Assembly: GCF_900111325.1 (NCBI RefSeq)
Contig: NZ_FOGW01000013.1
Location: forward strand, 59,836-91,835
DNA from: Lachnobacterium bovis
Lineage (GTDB): Bacteria; Bacillota; Clostridia; Lachnospirales; Lachnospiraceae
Direction of reading: 5' to 3'
Length of the DNA stretch: 32,000 bases
Shown: in pieces, positions 15,755 to 23,367 of the stretch
Layout of the letters: each line of letters begins with the position of its first letter
Numbering within the stretch: the first letter of the stretch is position 1
Made by a program: the position numbers and the translations under genes
The notes under the pieces: generated by a model
What the model was told of the DNA's origin: nothing
The model's database searches: none
What the model saw: only the letters and a program-made list of their open reading frames with translations

Positions 15755-16165
15755 ATGGTAAAAGATATTGTAAAGGATACTTTATTTTTAAAGCAAAAAT
15801 CGTTACCTGCAACAAAAGAAGATAAAGATGTAATAGTGGATTTGATAGATACACTGCGTGCCAACCAGGAAATATGCGTTGGAATGGCAGCAAATATGAT
15901 AGGTGTAAAGAAACAGATTTTGGTATTTTCGGTAGGACCATTTATCGTACCAATGGTTAATCCTAAAATTGTTAAAAAAAGTGGAATGTACCAAACACAA
16001 GAGAGTTGTTTGTCATTAGAAGGGGTCAGACCATGTACTAGATATGAAGAGATAGAAGTTGAATATTTAGATCAGGATTTCAATAAAAAGAGTGGAAAAT
16101 ATTCAGGTTTTACTGCACAGATTATTCAACATGAAATGCAGCATTTTTCAGGTGATTTGATATAA
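15755..16165 (+). CDS. def: Peptide deformylase, short divergent type (136 aa)
   Basis: ATG 15755 lies after GAGG, and the upstream part of the tracked ORF looks non-coding. The three PDF motifs are present but altered: GMAANMIG (canonical GxGxAAxQ), ESCLS (canonical EGCLS) and HEMQH (canonical HExDH). The metal ligands Cys, His and His are retained. Confidence 0.8.
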   Translation: MVKDIVKDTLFLKQKSLPATKEDKDVIVDLIDTLRANQEICVGMAANMIGVKKQILVFSVGPFIVPMVNPKIVKKSGMYQTQESCLSLEGVRPCTRYEEIEVEYLDQDFNKKSGKYSGFTAQIIQHEMQHFSGDLI

Positions 16166-16181
16166 CAAGAGGGGGATATAG

Positions 16182-16874
16182 GTGGAGAATGATATAGTAA
16201 AAACTATTCAAAGACAAATTTTTGAAAATAAAGATATTGAGTATAAAAATTTTCAAAGTAAATTAATACCAAATATTGAAAAAGACTGTATAATTGGTGT
16301 AAGAACGCCGATACTTAGAAAGATAGCAAAGAGTGTATCTACTGATGAGCGCAAAACATTTATGAGTAAATTGCCGCATAAATATTTTGAGGAAAATCAA
16401 TTGCAAGCGTTTTTTATATCAGATATAAAAGATGAAAAAGAATGTTATATCAGATTAGGTGAATTTTTACCATATGTTAATAATTGGGCAACATGTGATC
16501 AGATGTGTCCAAAGGTTTTTAAAAAGAATAAAGAAAACCTTATTGAATATATAAAAATTTGGTTAGATAGTAAGGAAGAATATACCGTTCGATTTGCAAT
16601 AAAAATGTTGATGACGTTCTTTTTAGATTCAAATTTTAATAAAGAATATTTATATTGGATTGCGCAAATTGATAGAGAAGAGTACTATATAAAGATGATG
16701 CAAGCTTGGTATTTTGCGACGGCATTAGCAAAACAGTACGAGAAAACAATTTGTATTTTTGAAGAACAAGTATTAGATGATTGGGTACATAATAAATCTA
16801 TTCAAAAAGCAATCGAGAGTAGAAGAATAGCAAGAGATATTAAAGAGTATTTGAAAAAATTAAAGGTTAGGTGA
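16182..16874 (+). CDS. DNA alkylation repair protein (AlkD-like HEAT-repeat family)
   Basis: The GTG start follows GAGGGGGA. 'YKNFQSKLIPN...IGVRTPILRKIAK' and the W/Y-rich helical repeats ('NNWATCDQMCP') match the PF08713-type pattern. Confidence 0.8.
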   Translation: MENDIVKTIQRQIFENKDIEYKNFQSKLIPNIEKDCIIGVRTPILRKIAKSVSTDERKTFMSKLPHKYFEENQLQAFFISDIKDEKECYIRLGEFLPYVNNWATCDQMCPKVFKKNKENLIEYIKIWLDSKEEYTVRFAIKMLMTFFLDSNFNKEYLYWIAQIDREEYYIKMMQAWYFATALAKQYEKTICIFEEQVLDDWVHNKSIQKAIESRRIARDIKEYLKKLKVR

Positions 16875-16880
16875 TGAAAG

Positions 16881-17057
16881 ATGTATGGAAAAAGATTAAG
16901 AAAAAGTCAGGACAAAAAAATTTTTGGTGTATGCGGAGGAATTGGAGAATATTTTGGTATTGATCCAGTGATAATTCGTTTAATATGGTTAGTTGCTATA
17001 TGTTGTTTTGGAACAGGCTTACTTCTTTATATTGTTGCTGCAATAGTAATGGATTAA
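16881..17057 (+). CDS. PspC-domain small membrane protein (58 aa; below the ORF-track cutoff)
   Basis: Translated by hand: MYGKRLRKSQDKKIFGVCGGIGEYFGIDPVIIRLIWLVAICCFGTGLLLYIVAAIVMD*. 'L.RS..dK.i.GVCgGlaeYfgiDp..vRl.fv' is the PspC N-terminal domain signature. It begins 7 nt after the upstream stop. Confidence 0.7.
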   Translation: MYGKRLRKSQDKKIFGVCGGIGEYFGIDPVIIRLIWLVAICCFGTGLLLYIVAAIVMD

Positions 17058-17147
17058 TGGAGTTATACGTATTGTGTGAAAATTATAAACATGTTAGAAA
17101 GTTTAATAAATGTTGTTATATTTTTGTGTGGTCTAAAACATTTTTTT

Positions 17148-17205
17148 GTGCTAAACTAGTTGCTGTTGAGTAAATTTATAATGCGCTAATTTAGCACATT
17201 TTTTT
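17148..17205 (+). terminator. Hairpin plus T-run in the 5' leader of the nucleobase permease (possible attenuator)
   Basis: GTGCTAAA (17148-17155) pairs with TTTAGCAC (17190-17197) and is followed by A-TTTTTTT. The 34-nt loop contains a TATAAT, so it is unclear whether the structure is transcribed. Confidence 0.3.
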
Positions 17206-17234
17206 GTGCATTTTAGCAAGAAACGGAGGAAAAA

Positions 17235-18623
17235 ATGGGCGAAAAAAAACACGCGATTTATGACGCCACGACATTGGGTAAACCCAAAATGTTATTATTA
17301 GGTTTGCAGCATATGTTTGCAATGTTTGGAGCGACGATTTTAGTTCCAATTTTAGTTAATGGATATTTCCATGGTGAAGGACTTTCAGTTCAGGTAACAT
17401 TATTTTTTGCCGGAATAGGAACATTAATTTTTCATTTATGTAGTAAATTTAAGGTGCCAGCTTTCCTTGGTTCATCTTTCGCTTTCCTAGGAGGTTTTTC
17501 AACAGTAGCAAATCTTAAGTCAGGTAAATTTGCCACAATGCCTTATGGAGAAAAACTCCAATATGCTTGTGGTGGTCTTGTAATTGCTGGATTATTTTAT
17601 ATTCTTTTTGCACTAATCATTAAATGCATTGGCGTTAAAAAAGTAATGCATTTTCTACCACCAGTTGTAACTGGTCCTATTATTATTTGTATTGGACTCT
17701 CACTTGCTCCATCAGCTATACAGAATGCATCTTCAAATTGGTTATTAGCAATTGTTGCACTTTCAGTTGTGATTATTTTTAATATCTGGGGAAAAGGTAT
17801 GTGGAAAATTATACCAATTCTTTTAGGTGTTGTTATATCATATATTGTAGCTGTAATTATGAATGCTTGTGGAATGACTAATGCAGATGGAAGTGCAATT
17901 ATTAATTTTGCACCAATTGCAAAAGCTTCTTGGGTTGGTGTGCCACCTTTCCTTATTGCTAAGTTTGATATAACTTCAATTTTAGTAATGGCACCAATTG
18001 CGATTGCATCTGTAATGGAACACGTTGGAGATATTTCAGCAATTTCAGCAACAACAGGTAAAAACTTTATTGAAGAACCAGGTTTACATAGAACATTATT
18101 AGGTGATGGCTTAGCAACTGCATTTGCTGGATTATTCGGAGGCCCTGCTAATACAACATATGGAGAGAACACAGGTGTATTAGAGCTTTCTAAAGTATAT
18201 GATCCTAAAGTAGTAAGAATTGCAGCTGTTTATGCTATTGTATTAAGCTTTATTCCAAAAACAGCAGATGTAATTGGAACAATGCCAACAGCTATTATTG
18301 GTGGAATTAGTTTTATTTTGTACGGAATGATTTCTGCAATAGGTGTTAGAAATGTTGTAGAGAATAAAGTTGATTTAACAAAATCAAGAAACTTAATTAT
18401 TGCAGCAGTTATTTTAGTATCAGGATTAGGTTTTGGTGATGGTTTAACATTTAAAATTGGTACAACACCAGTAACTCTTACATCTCTTGCAATTGCAGCA
18501 ATTTTAGGAATTTTATTAAACGCAATTTTACCAGGTAATGATTATAATTTTGGAACAAGCTTAGAAGGTGATATAAACCGTGGAGTAAGTTTTAATAAAT
18601 TACCAGAAGATGAAGAAGAATAA
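17235..18623 (+). CDS. NCS2-family nucleobase (uracil/xanthine-type) permease
   Basis: 'LLGLQHMFAMFGATILVPILV' is the NCS2 signature, with 'NTTYGENTGVL' further on. It has about 13 transmembrane segments. Confidence 0.9.
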   Translation: MGEKKHAIYDATTLGKPKMLLLGLQHMFAMFGATILVPILVNGYFHGEGLSVQVTLFFAGIGTLIFHLCSKFKVPAFLGSSFAFLGGFSTVANLKSGKFATMPYGEKLQYACGGLVIAGLFYILFALIIKCIGVKKVMHFLPPVVTGPIIICIGLSLAPSAIQNASSNWLLAIVALSVVIIFNIWGKGMWKIIPILLGVVISYIVAVIMNACGMTNADGSAIINFAPIAKASWVGVPPFLIAKFDITSILVMAPIAIASVMEHVGDISAISATTGKNFIEEPGLHRTLLGDGLATAFAGLFGGPANTTYGENTGVLELSKVYDPKVVRIAAVYAIVLSFIPKTADVIGTMPTAIIGGISFILYGMISAIGVRNVVENKVDLTKSRNLIIAAVILVSGLGFGDGLTFKIGTTPVTLTSLAIAAILGILLNAILPGNDYNFGTSLEGDINRGVSFNKLPEDEEE

Positions 18624-18652
18624 AATTCGAAAATAAAAAAGAATATTGTTTA

Positions 18653-18699
18653 TATGCCTATTTAGTTATACAATCATAATTAAGTAGGCATAATTTTTT
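18653..18699 (+). terminator. Rho-independent terminator
   Basis: TATGCCTATTTA...TAAGTAGGCATA forms a 12-bp stem with one G-T pair, followed by ATTTTTT. Confidence 0.7.
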
Positions 18700-18717
18700 A
18701 TCAGAAAGGATGAGAAT

Positions 18718-18921
18718 ATGAGTAAACTTTTAATTAGTGAGACAACAAAAGAAGAAAGAATTGCATTAATAAAAAAATGGATTCCAGATGATGATGGATT
18801 AAATGATTCAGATATGGATTTATGGGATATTTATGCAGATTATATTAATGGCAAAAGAGAGATTGCGGAAATAAATGCTTCAATGACAGGACAGTATTAC
18901 ACAGAAGAAGATTTAAAGTAA
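18718..18921 (+). CDS. Small acidic hypothetical protein (67 aa)
   Basis: The ORF has an AAGGA-type Shine-Dalgarno site. No recognisable motif and no transmembrane segment. Confidence 0.45.
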   Translation: MSKLLISETTKEERIALIKKWIPDDDGLNDSDMDLWDIYADYINGKREIAEINASMTGQYYTEEDLK

Positions 18922-18930
18922 AAAAAACTA

Positions 18931-18958
18931 TTGCTTTAATTGAAAAGTGTGCTATAAT
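18931..18958 (+). promoter_or_regulatory. Sigma-A-type promoter for the THF riboswitch/folT transcript
   Basis: TTGCTT (18931-18936), a 16-nt spacer, then TGC-TATAAT (TATAAT at 18953-18958) with an extended -10 TG. Confidence 0.45.
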
Positions 18959-19023
18959 TATGTGCGAAACAATATAAGATGTAGTTATAAATGGGGCTAC
19001 ATTTATTAAAACTATGATTTTTA

Positions 19024-19124
19024 TTGGCAGAGTAGAGCTTTATGCGTTAAGTGCCTTCTGAACAGGGAGTTGTCAGTTGGACGAAGAAGTAATTCGCGGT
19101 ATAGGGCTCGCATCCCGCTGCTAC
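19024..19124 (+). ncRNA. THF (tetrahydrofolate, folT-motif) riboswitch aptamer
   Basis: GGCAGAGTAGAGCTTTATGCGTTAAGTGCC...GGGAGTTGTC...GACGAAG...TTCGCGGTATAGGGCTCGCATCCCGCTGC parallels the published THF-I aptamer core (AGAGUAG...GCGUUAAGUG...GGGA...ACGAAG...CGCGGU...GCAUCCGCU). It lies directly upstream of a folate ECF S-component gene. Confidence 0.85.
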
Positions 19125-19191
19125 ATAATGGAACAATATAGAAGAATCTTCCTTTATGTAGTCTAGGAACTGCTGAAAGGAGGATTTTTTT

Positions 19192-19764
19192 ATGAATTAT
19201 TTTAAAACTATGTTTGAACCATTTAAAGAAGAAAAAATTGTAAAAACAATATCATTGATAGGAATCCTAGGAGCACTATCAATTGCATTGTCTTTTACAG
19301 CAACTATTTCGCTAGGTCCATATTTAAAGATTGGGTTTGGAAGCTTAGCAAATAGAATTGTTGACTTTATATTTGGCCCAATTGTGGGAGGAATATTTGG
19401 AGGAGTGATGGATATCATCAAGTTTGTATTAAATCCATCAGGCCCTTTTCATTTTGGATTTACTTTAAATGCTATTTTAGGTAGTGTATTATTTGGAAGC
19501 GTAGTTTATAACAAAAAACTTACAATCCATAGAATATTAATTGCTAATGTTCTAGTTAAAGGAATTGTAAATATTGGCTTAAATACTTTATGGTTGTCAC
19601 AGATTTCAGGAAAAGGAATATACGCTATTATCGCGCCAAGAATTGCATCGAACTTTGTAATGATTGGTGTTGATACTGCAATTTATTTTTCAATTTTCAA
19701 AATAATAAAAGTACTAGTTGATAATTATTATAAAAGTACAAACAAAAGTAATTTAACGGTTTAG
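19192..19764 (+). CDS. folT: ECF transporter S component, folate family
   Basis: 190 aa with about 6 transmembrane segments. The S-component-like Gly-rich helices are 'DFIFGPIVGGIFGGVMD'. It is controlled by a THF riboswitch. Confidence 0.8.
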   Translation: MNYFKTMFEPFKEEKIVKTISLIGILGALSIALSFTATISLGPYLKIGFGSLANRIVDFIFGPIVGGIFGGVMDIIKFVLNPSGPFHFGFTLNAILGSVLFGSVVYNKKLTIHRILIANVLVKGIVNIGLNTLWLSQISGKGIYAIIAPRIASNFVMIGVDTAIYFSIFKIIKVLVDNYYKSTNKSNLTV

Positions 19765-19908
19765 CAATTTATAATAATCTACATATTAGATATTATTCAA
19801 AGACTTTATTAATATTTATTTGACTTCTAGTATTTAAAGAAAGTACAATAAACGATAGAAAATATAGATTATATATTAATAAAATTAGAAGTAAGCAGGT
19901 AAATATTT

Positions 19909-20460
19909 ATGGGTAATTTTGCTGTAATCGATACAGAAACAAATTGGAAAGATCAAGTAATGTCAATCGGGATTGTTGTAGCTGATACAGTTACACTTAA
20001 TATCGTAGATGAACAATACTACATCATTGATCCCGCATATAAAACAGGTGGAATGTATTCGTCGGTTTTAGGAGTAGATGCAAGTGATCCTTGTAAAATA
20101 AAAAAAAGAATAGAAATTATAGATGAAATGGTTGAATGGTTAGAAAGCTTATCGGTTGAATCGATATTTGCATATAATGCCATTTTTGATAAAAATCATT
20201 TGGATGAATTAAGAAAATTTCAATGGTTTGATATTATGAAGGTTGCCGCGTATAAACAGCATAATCCAAAGATTCCTAAAAATCTAGAATGTTGTAAAAC
20301 AGGAAGATTAAAAAGAAATTATGGTGTAGAACCTATGATAAGAATGATGACAGGAAATTTTAAATACAAAGAAGTTCATAATGCTTTGTATGATGCAAGA
20401 GATGAATTGCAGATTATAAAATTAATTGAAAAACCATTAAGCGAATACTTTCCACTGTAG
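19909..20460 (+). CDS. DEDDh-type 3'-5' exonuclease (DnaQ-like domain only)
   Basis: ExoI is 'AVIDTET', ExoII is 'FAYNAIFDKNHL', and ExoIII is 'HNALYDARD'. Confidence 0.8.
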   Translation: MGNFAVIDTETNWKDQVMSIGIVVADTVTLNIVDEQYYIIDPAYKTGGMYSSVLGVDASDPCKIKKRIEIIDEMVEWLESLSVESIFAYNAIFDKNHLDELRKFQWFDIMKVAAYKQHNPKIPKNLECCKTGRLKRNYGVEPMIRMMTGNFKYKEVHNALYDARDELQIIKLIEKPLSEYFPL

Positions 20461-20519
20461 TCGTATTGACTTTTTATGCGTTGAATGTTACTCTAAATGT
20501 GTATAGTTTAATATTTAAA

Positions 20520-20790
20520 CGCATTGAAGAAAAGAGTAGTTTTATTAAAGCTGATAAAGAGAGCTCTTGTGTGGTGAGAAAGAGACGGCCGTATAGAATG
20601 AAGATGGTTTTGGAGTGGCGAGACTGAACTATAATTAGTAGATAAGTTTCGACAGGTGCGCCTGTTATAGCGTGATTAAGTAATTTATATTTTATGAGTT
20701 ACTTATAGAGGCTTTTGTTGTGAGACAAAAGTAAAATGAAGTGGTAACGTGAATAATTCGCCTTCTGTTATATACAGGAGGCTTTTTTTT
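20520..20790 (+). promoter_or_regulatory. T-box leader (methionine specifier) with terminator
   Basis: Stem I elements are present (AGTAG/AGAGAG, GTGGTGAGAAAG). The candidate specifier is AUG at 20598-20600 (GAATGAAG). The T-box sequence is AAGTGGTAACGTG (20739-20751). The terminator is GCCTTCTGT-TATATA-ACAGGAGGC plus TTTTTTTT (20760-20790). Confidence 0.85.
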
Positions 20791-20897
20791 AACTCTTTAT
20801 AGTAAGTGTAGTAAATAAATTAAACTTACAAATTATAAAAATAAGAATAGATACAGATTTTTATATCTATCAAATAGAAAGATTATGGAGGAATATT

Positions 20898-22880
20898 ATG
20901 GCAACAAACAAAGGTAAATTTTATATGACAACAGCCATTGCATATGCATCAGGTAAACCACATATTGGTAATACTTATGAAATAATTTTAGCAGATGCTA
21001 TTGCAAGATATAAAAGAGCAGAAGGATATGATGTTTATTTTCAGACAGGTACAGATGAGCATGGTCAGAAAATAGAGGAAAAAGCTAATGCAAAAGGAAT
21101 TACTCCAAAGCAGTACGTAGATGAAGTTGCAGATGAAATTCATAAAATTTGGGATTTAGTAAATTCCTCATATGATAATTTTATTAGAACAACAGATGAA
21201 GATCATGAAAAATGTGTAAAGAAGATTTTCAAAAAATTATATGACAAAGGTGATATTTATAAATCTTCATATGAAGGATTATATTGTACACCTTGTGAAT
21301 CTTTCTGGACAGAATCACAGCTTGTAGATGGAAAATGTCCTGATTGTGGAAGAGAAGTTAAACCTGCTAAAGAGGAAGCATATTTCTTTAAAATGAGTAA
21401 ATATGCAGATAGATTAATTGAGTATATCAATGAGCATCCTGAATTTATTCAGCCAGTTAGTAGAAAAAATGAAATGATGAACAATTTCTTATTACCAGGA
21501 TTACAGGATTTATGTGTATCAAGAACATCATTTAGCTGGGGAATTCCAGTAGATTTTGATCCAAAACATGTAGTGTACGTTTGGTTGGATGCATTAACAA
21601 ACTATATTACCAAAATTGGCTATGATCCAGATGGCTCAAGTGAATTATTCAATAAGAACTGGCCAGCAGACTTACACTTAATTGGTAAAGATATTGTAAG
21701 ATTCCATACAATTTATTGGCCAATTTTCTTAATGGCATTAGATTTACCATTACCAAAACAAGTATTTGGACATCCATGGTTATTACAAGGTGGAGAGAAA
21801 ATGTCTAAATCAAAAGGAAACGTGATTTATGCTGATGATTTAGTAAGAATGTTTGGAGTAGATGCTACTCGTTACTTTGTTTTACATGAAATGCCATTTG
21901 AAAATGATGGTATCATTACATGGGATTTAGTAGTAGAACGATTCAATTCAGATCTTGCTAATATTTTAGGTAATCTTGTTAATAGAACTGTTTCAATGAG
22001 TAACAAATATTTTGATGGAGTTGTTAGAAAAACAGGTGTATCCGAAGAAGTAGATGAGTCATTGAAGGAAGTTGTTACAAATGCAAAAGCTAAAGTAGAA
22101 GAAAAAATGTCTAAACTTAGAGTTGCAGATGCAATTACAGAGGTGTTTAATGTATTCCGTCGTTGCAACAAATATATTGATGAAACAACACCTTGGATTC
22201 TTGCAAAAGATGAAGATAAACAAGATAGATTATCAGAAGTTTTATATAATTTAGTAGAATCAATTACAATTGGAGCAAGCTTATTAAATAGTTTCTTACC
22301 AGAGACTGCAGAAAAAATCTTCACACAACTTAATACACAATGCAGAGATTTTGATGAGTTAGACAAGTTTGGATTATATGATAGTGGTAATAAGGTTGTT
22401 GAAAAACCAATTATGTTATTTGCTAGATTAGATCAAAAAGAGATAGAAAAACAGGTAGAAGAAATTATTGCAAAACAAAAAGCTGAATTTGCTTCAACAG
22501 AAGGCAAGAGCGAAGAAAAAGCTGAAGGTGAAGTAATTGATATTGAACCAAAAGAAGAAATTAGTTTTGATGATTTTGGAAAAATGCAATTCCAAGTAGG
22601 AGAAATTATTGCATGTGAAGCAGTACCAAAATCAAAAAAATTACTTTGCTCACAGGTTAAAGTTGGAAGTCAGATTAAACAAATTGTATCAGGAATCAGA
22701 AAATACTATACACCAGAAGAAATGGTAGGTAAAAAAGTAATGGTATTATGTAATCTTAAACCTGCAAAATTAGCTGGAGTATTATCAGAAGGAATGTTAT
22801 TATGTGCAGAAGATGCAGAAGGAAATCTTGCACTAATGAAACCTGAAAAAGATATGCCAAGTGGAGCAGAAATTGCATAA
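20898..22880 (+). CDS. metG: Methionine--tRNA ligase with a C-terminal tRNA-binding domain
   Basis: The HIGH motif is 'PHIGN' and the KMSKS motif is 'KMSKSKGN'. The zinc knuckle is 'CTPCE...CPDCG'. The C-terminal EMAP/Trbp-like domain contains 'AVPKSKKLL'. Confidence 0.97.
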   Translation: MATNKGKFYMTTAIAYASGKPHIGNTYEIILADAIARYKRAEGYDVYFQTGTDEHGQKIEEKANAKGITPKQYVDEVADEIHKIWDLVNSSYDNFIRTTDEDHEKCVKKIFKKLYDKGDIYKSSYEGLYCTPCESFWTESQLVDGKCPDCGREVKPAKEEAYFFKMSKYADRLIEYINEHPEFIQPVSRKNEMMNNFLLPGLQDLCVSRTSFSWGIPVDFDPKHVVYVWLDALTNYITKIGYDPDGSSELFNKNWPADLHLIGKDIVRFHTIYWPIFLMALDLPLPKQVFGHPWLLQGGEKMSKSKGNVIYADDLVRMFGVDATRYFVLHEMPFENDGIITWDLVVERFNSDLANILGNLVNRTVSMSNKYFDGVVRKTGVSEEVDESLKEVVTNAKAKVEEKMSKLRVADAITEVFNVFRRCNKYIDETTPWILAKDEDKQDRLSEVLYNLVESITIGASLLNSFLPETAEKIFTQLNTQCRDFDELDKFGLYDSGNKVVEKPIMLFARLDQKEIEKQVEEIIAKQKAEFASTEGKSEEKAEGEVIDIEPKEEISFDDFGKMQFQVGEIIACEAVPKSKKLLCSQVKVGSQIKQIVSGIRKYYTPEEMVGKKVMVLCNLKPAKLAGVLSEGMLLCAEDAEGNLALMKPEKDMPSGAEIA

Positions 22881-22899
22881 TATATAATAGTAATTTATG

Positions 22900-22943
22900 A
22901 AAGTAGAATTTAGGATATTAATCCGGTTCTACTTTCTTTTTTT
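22900..22943 (+). terminator. Rho-independent terminator of metG
   Basis: AAAGTAGAA...TTCTACTTT forms the stem, with inner pairing TTAGGAT/ATCCGG, followed by C-TTTTTTT. Confidence 0.75.
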
Positions 22944-23101
22944 GTCCGAAAAAATATATAAAAGATAGTTGTTTTTAAAAATTTTATATTTATTTCTATT
23001 GACATTAATATAAAAAAAGGATATTCTTAAATCAAAGATTAAATAAATGTTTAATCGATAAAATGAAATGTAAAAATTAATATTATGAAAGAGGTGCTAT
23101 T

Positions 23102-23320
23102 ATGAAAAAAACATACAAAATTGATGTGGATTGTGCAAACTGTGCAAACAAAATGGAGGAAGCTACACGCAACACAAAGGGAGTAAAAAATGCAGTTGTT
23201 AATTTTATGACTCTTAAAATGAAAGTGGAATTTGATGAAGGTGTAAATCAAAAAGAAGTAATGGAAGAGGTGTTAAAGAATTGCAAAAAAGTTGAAAGTG
23301 ATTGTGAGATTTTTCTATAA
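23102..23320 (+). CDS. Heavy-metal-associated (HMA) domain protein
   Basis: 72 aa. 'YKIDVDCANCANKMEEATRNTKGVKNAVVNFMTLKMKVEF' is the CadA-N-terminal-type HMA fold with a CxxC pair. Confidence 0.85.
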   Translation: MKKTYKIDVDCANCANKMEEATRNTKGVKNAVVNFMTLKMKVEFDEGVNQKEVMEEVLKNCKKVESDCEIFL

Positions 23321-23367
23321 AGAAATATTACTTTTGGAAAAGAGATAAAGCTATATAGGAGAGAAAT

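Noticed and set aside
16985-17173. 62-aa ORF from the track.
   Set aside because: It overlaps the better-supported PspC-domain ORF in another frame. It has no RBS and is a Cys-rich nonsense-like peptide.
17058-17234. Purine riboswitch or PyrR attenuator upstream of the nucleobase permease.
   Set aside because: The conserved purine-aptamer loops (UAUAAU...UAUGG...CUACC) and the PyrR box (UCCAGAGAGG) are both absent.
17597-18172. 191-aa minus-strand ORF inside the NCS2 permease gene. Similar antisense ORFs occur at 21872-22366, 31111-31560, 29046-29396, 24123-24380, 24752-25069, 26934-27257, 11193-11504, 13393-13716 and 9838-10116.
   Set aside because: Each lies fully antisense within a gene that has strong family motifs. 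They lack Shine-Dalgarno sites and have low-complexity or odd composition. These are typical shadow ORFs.
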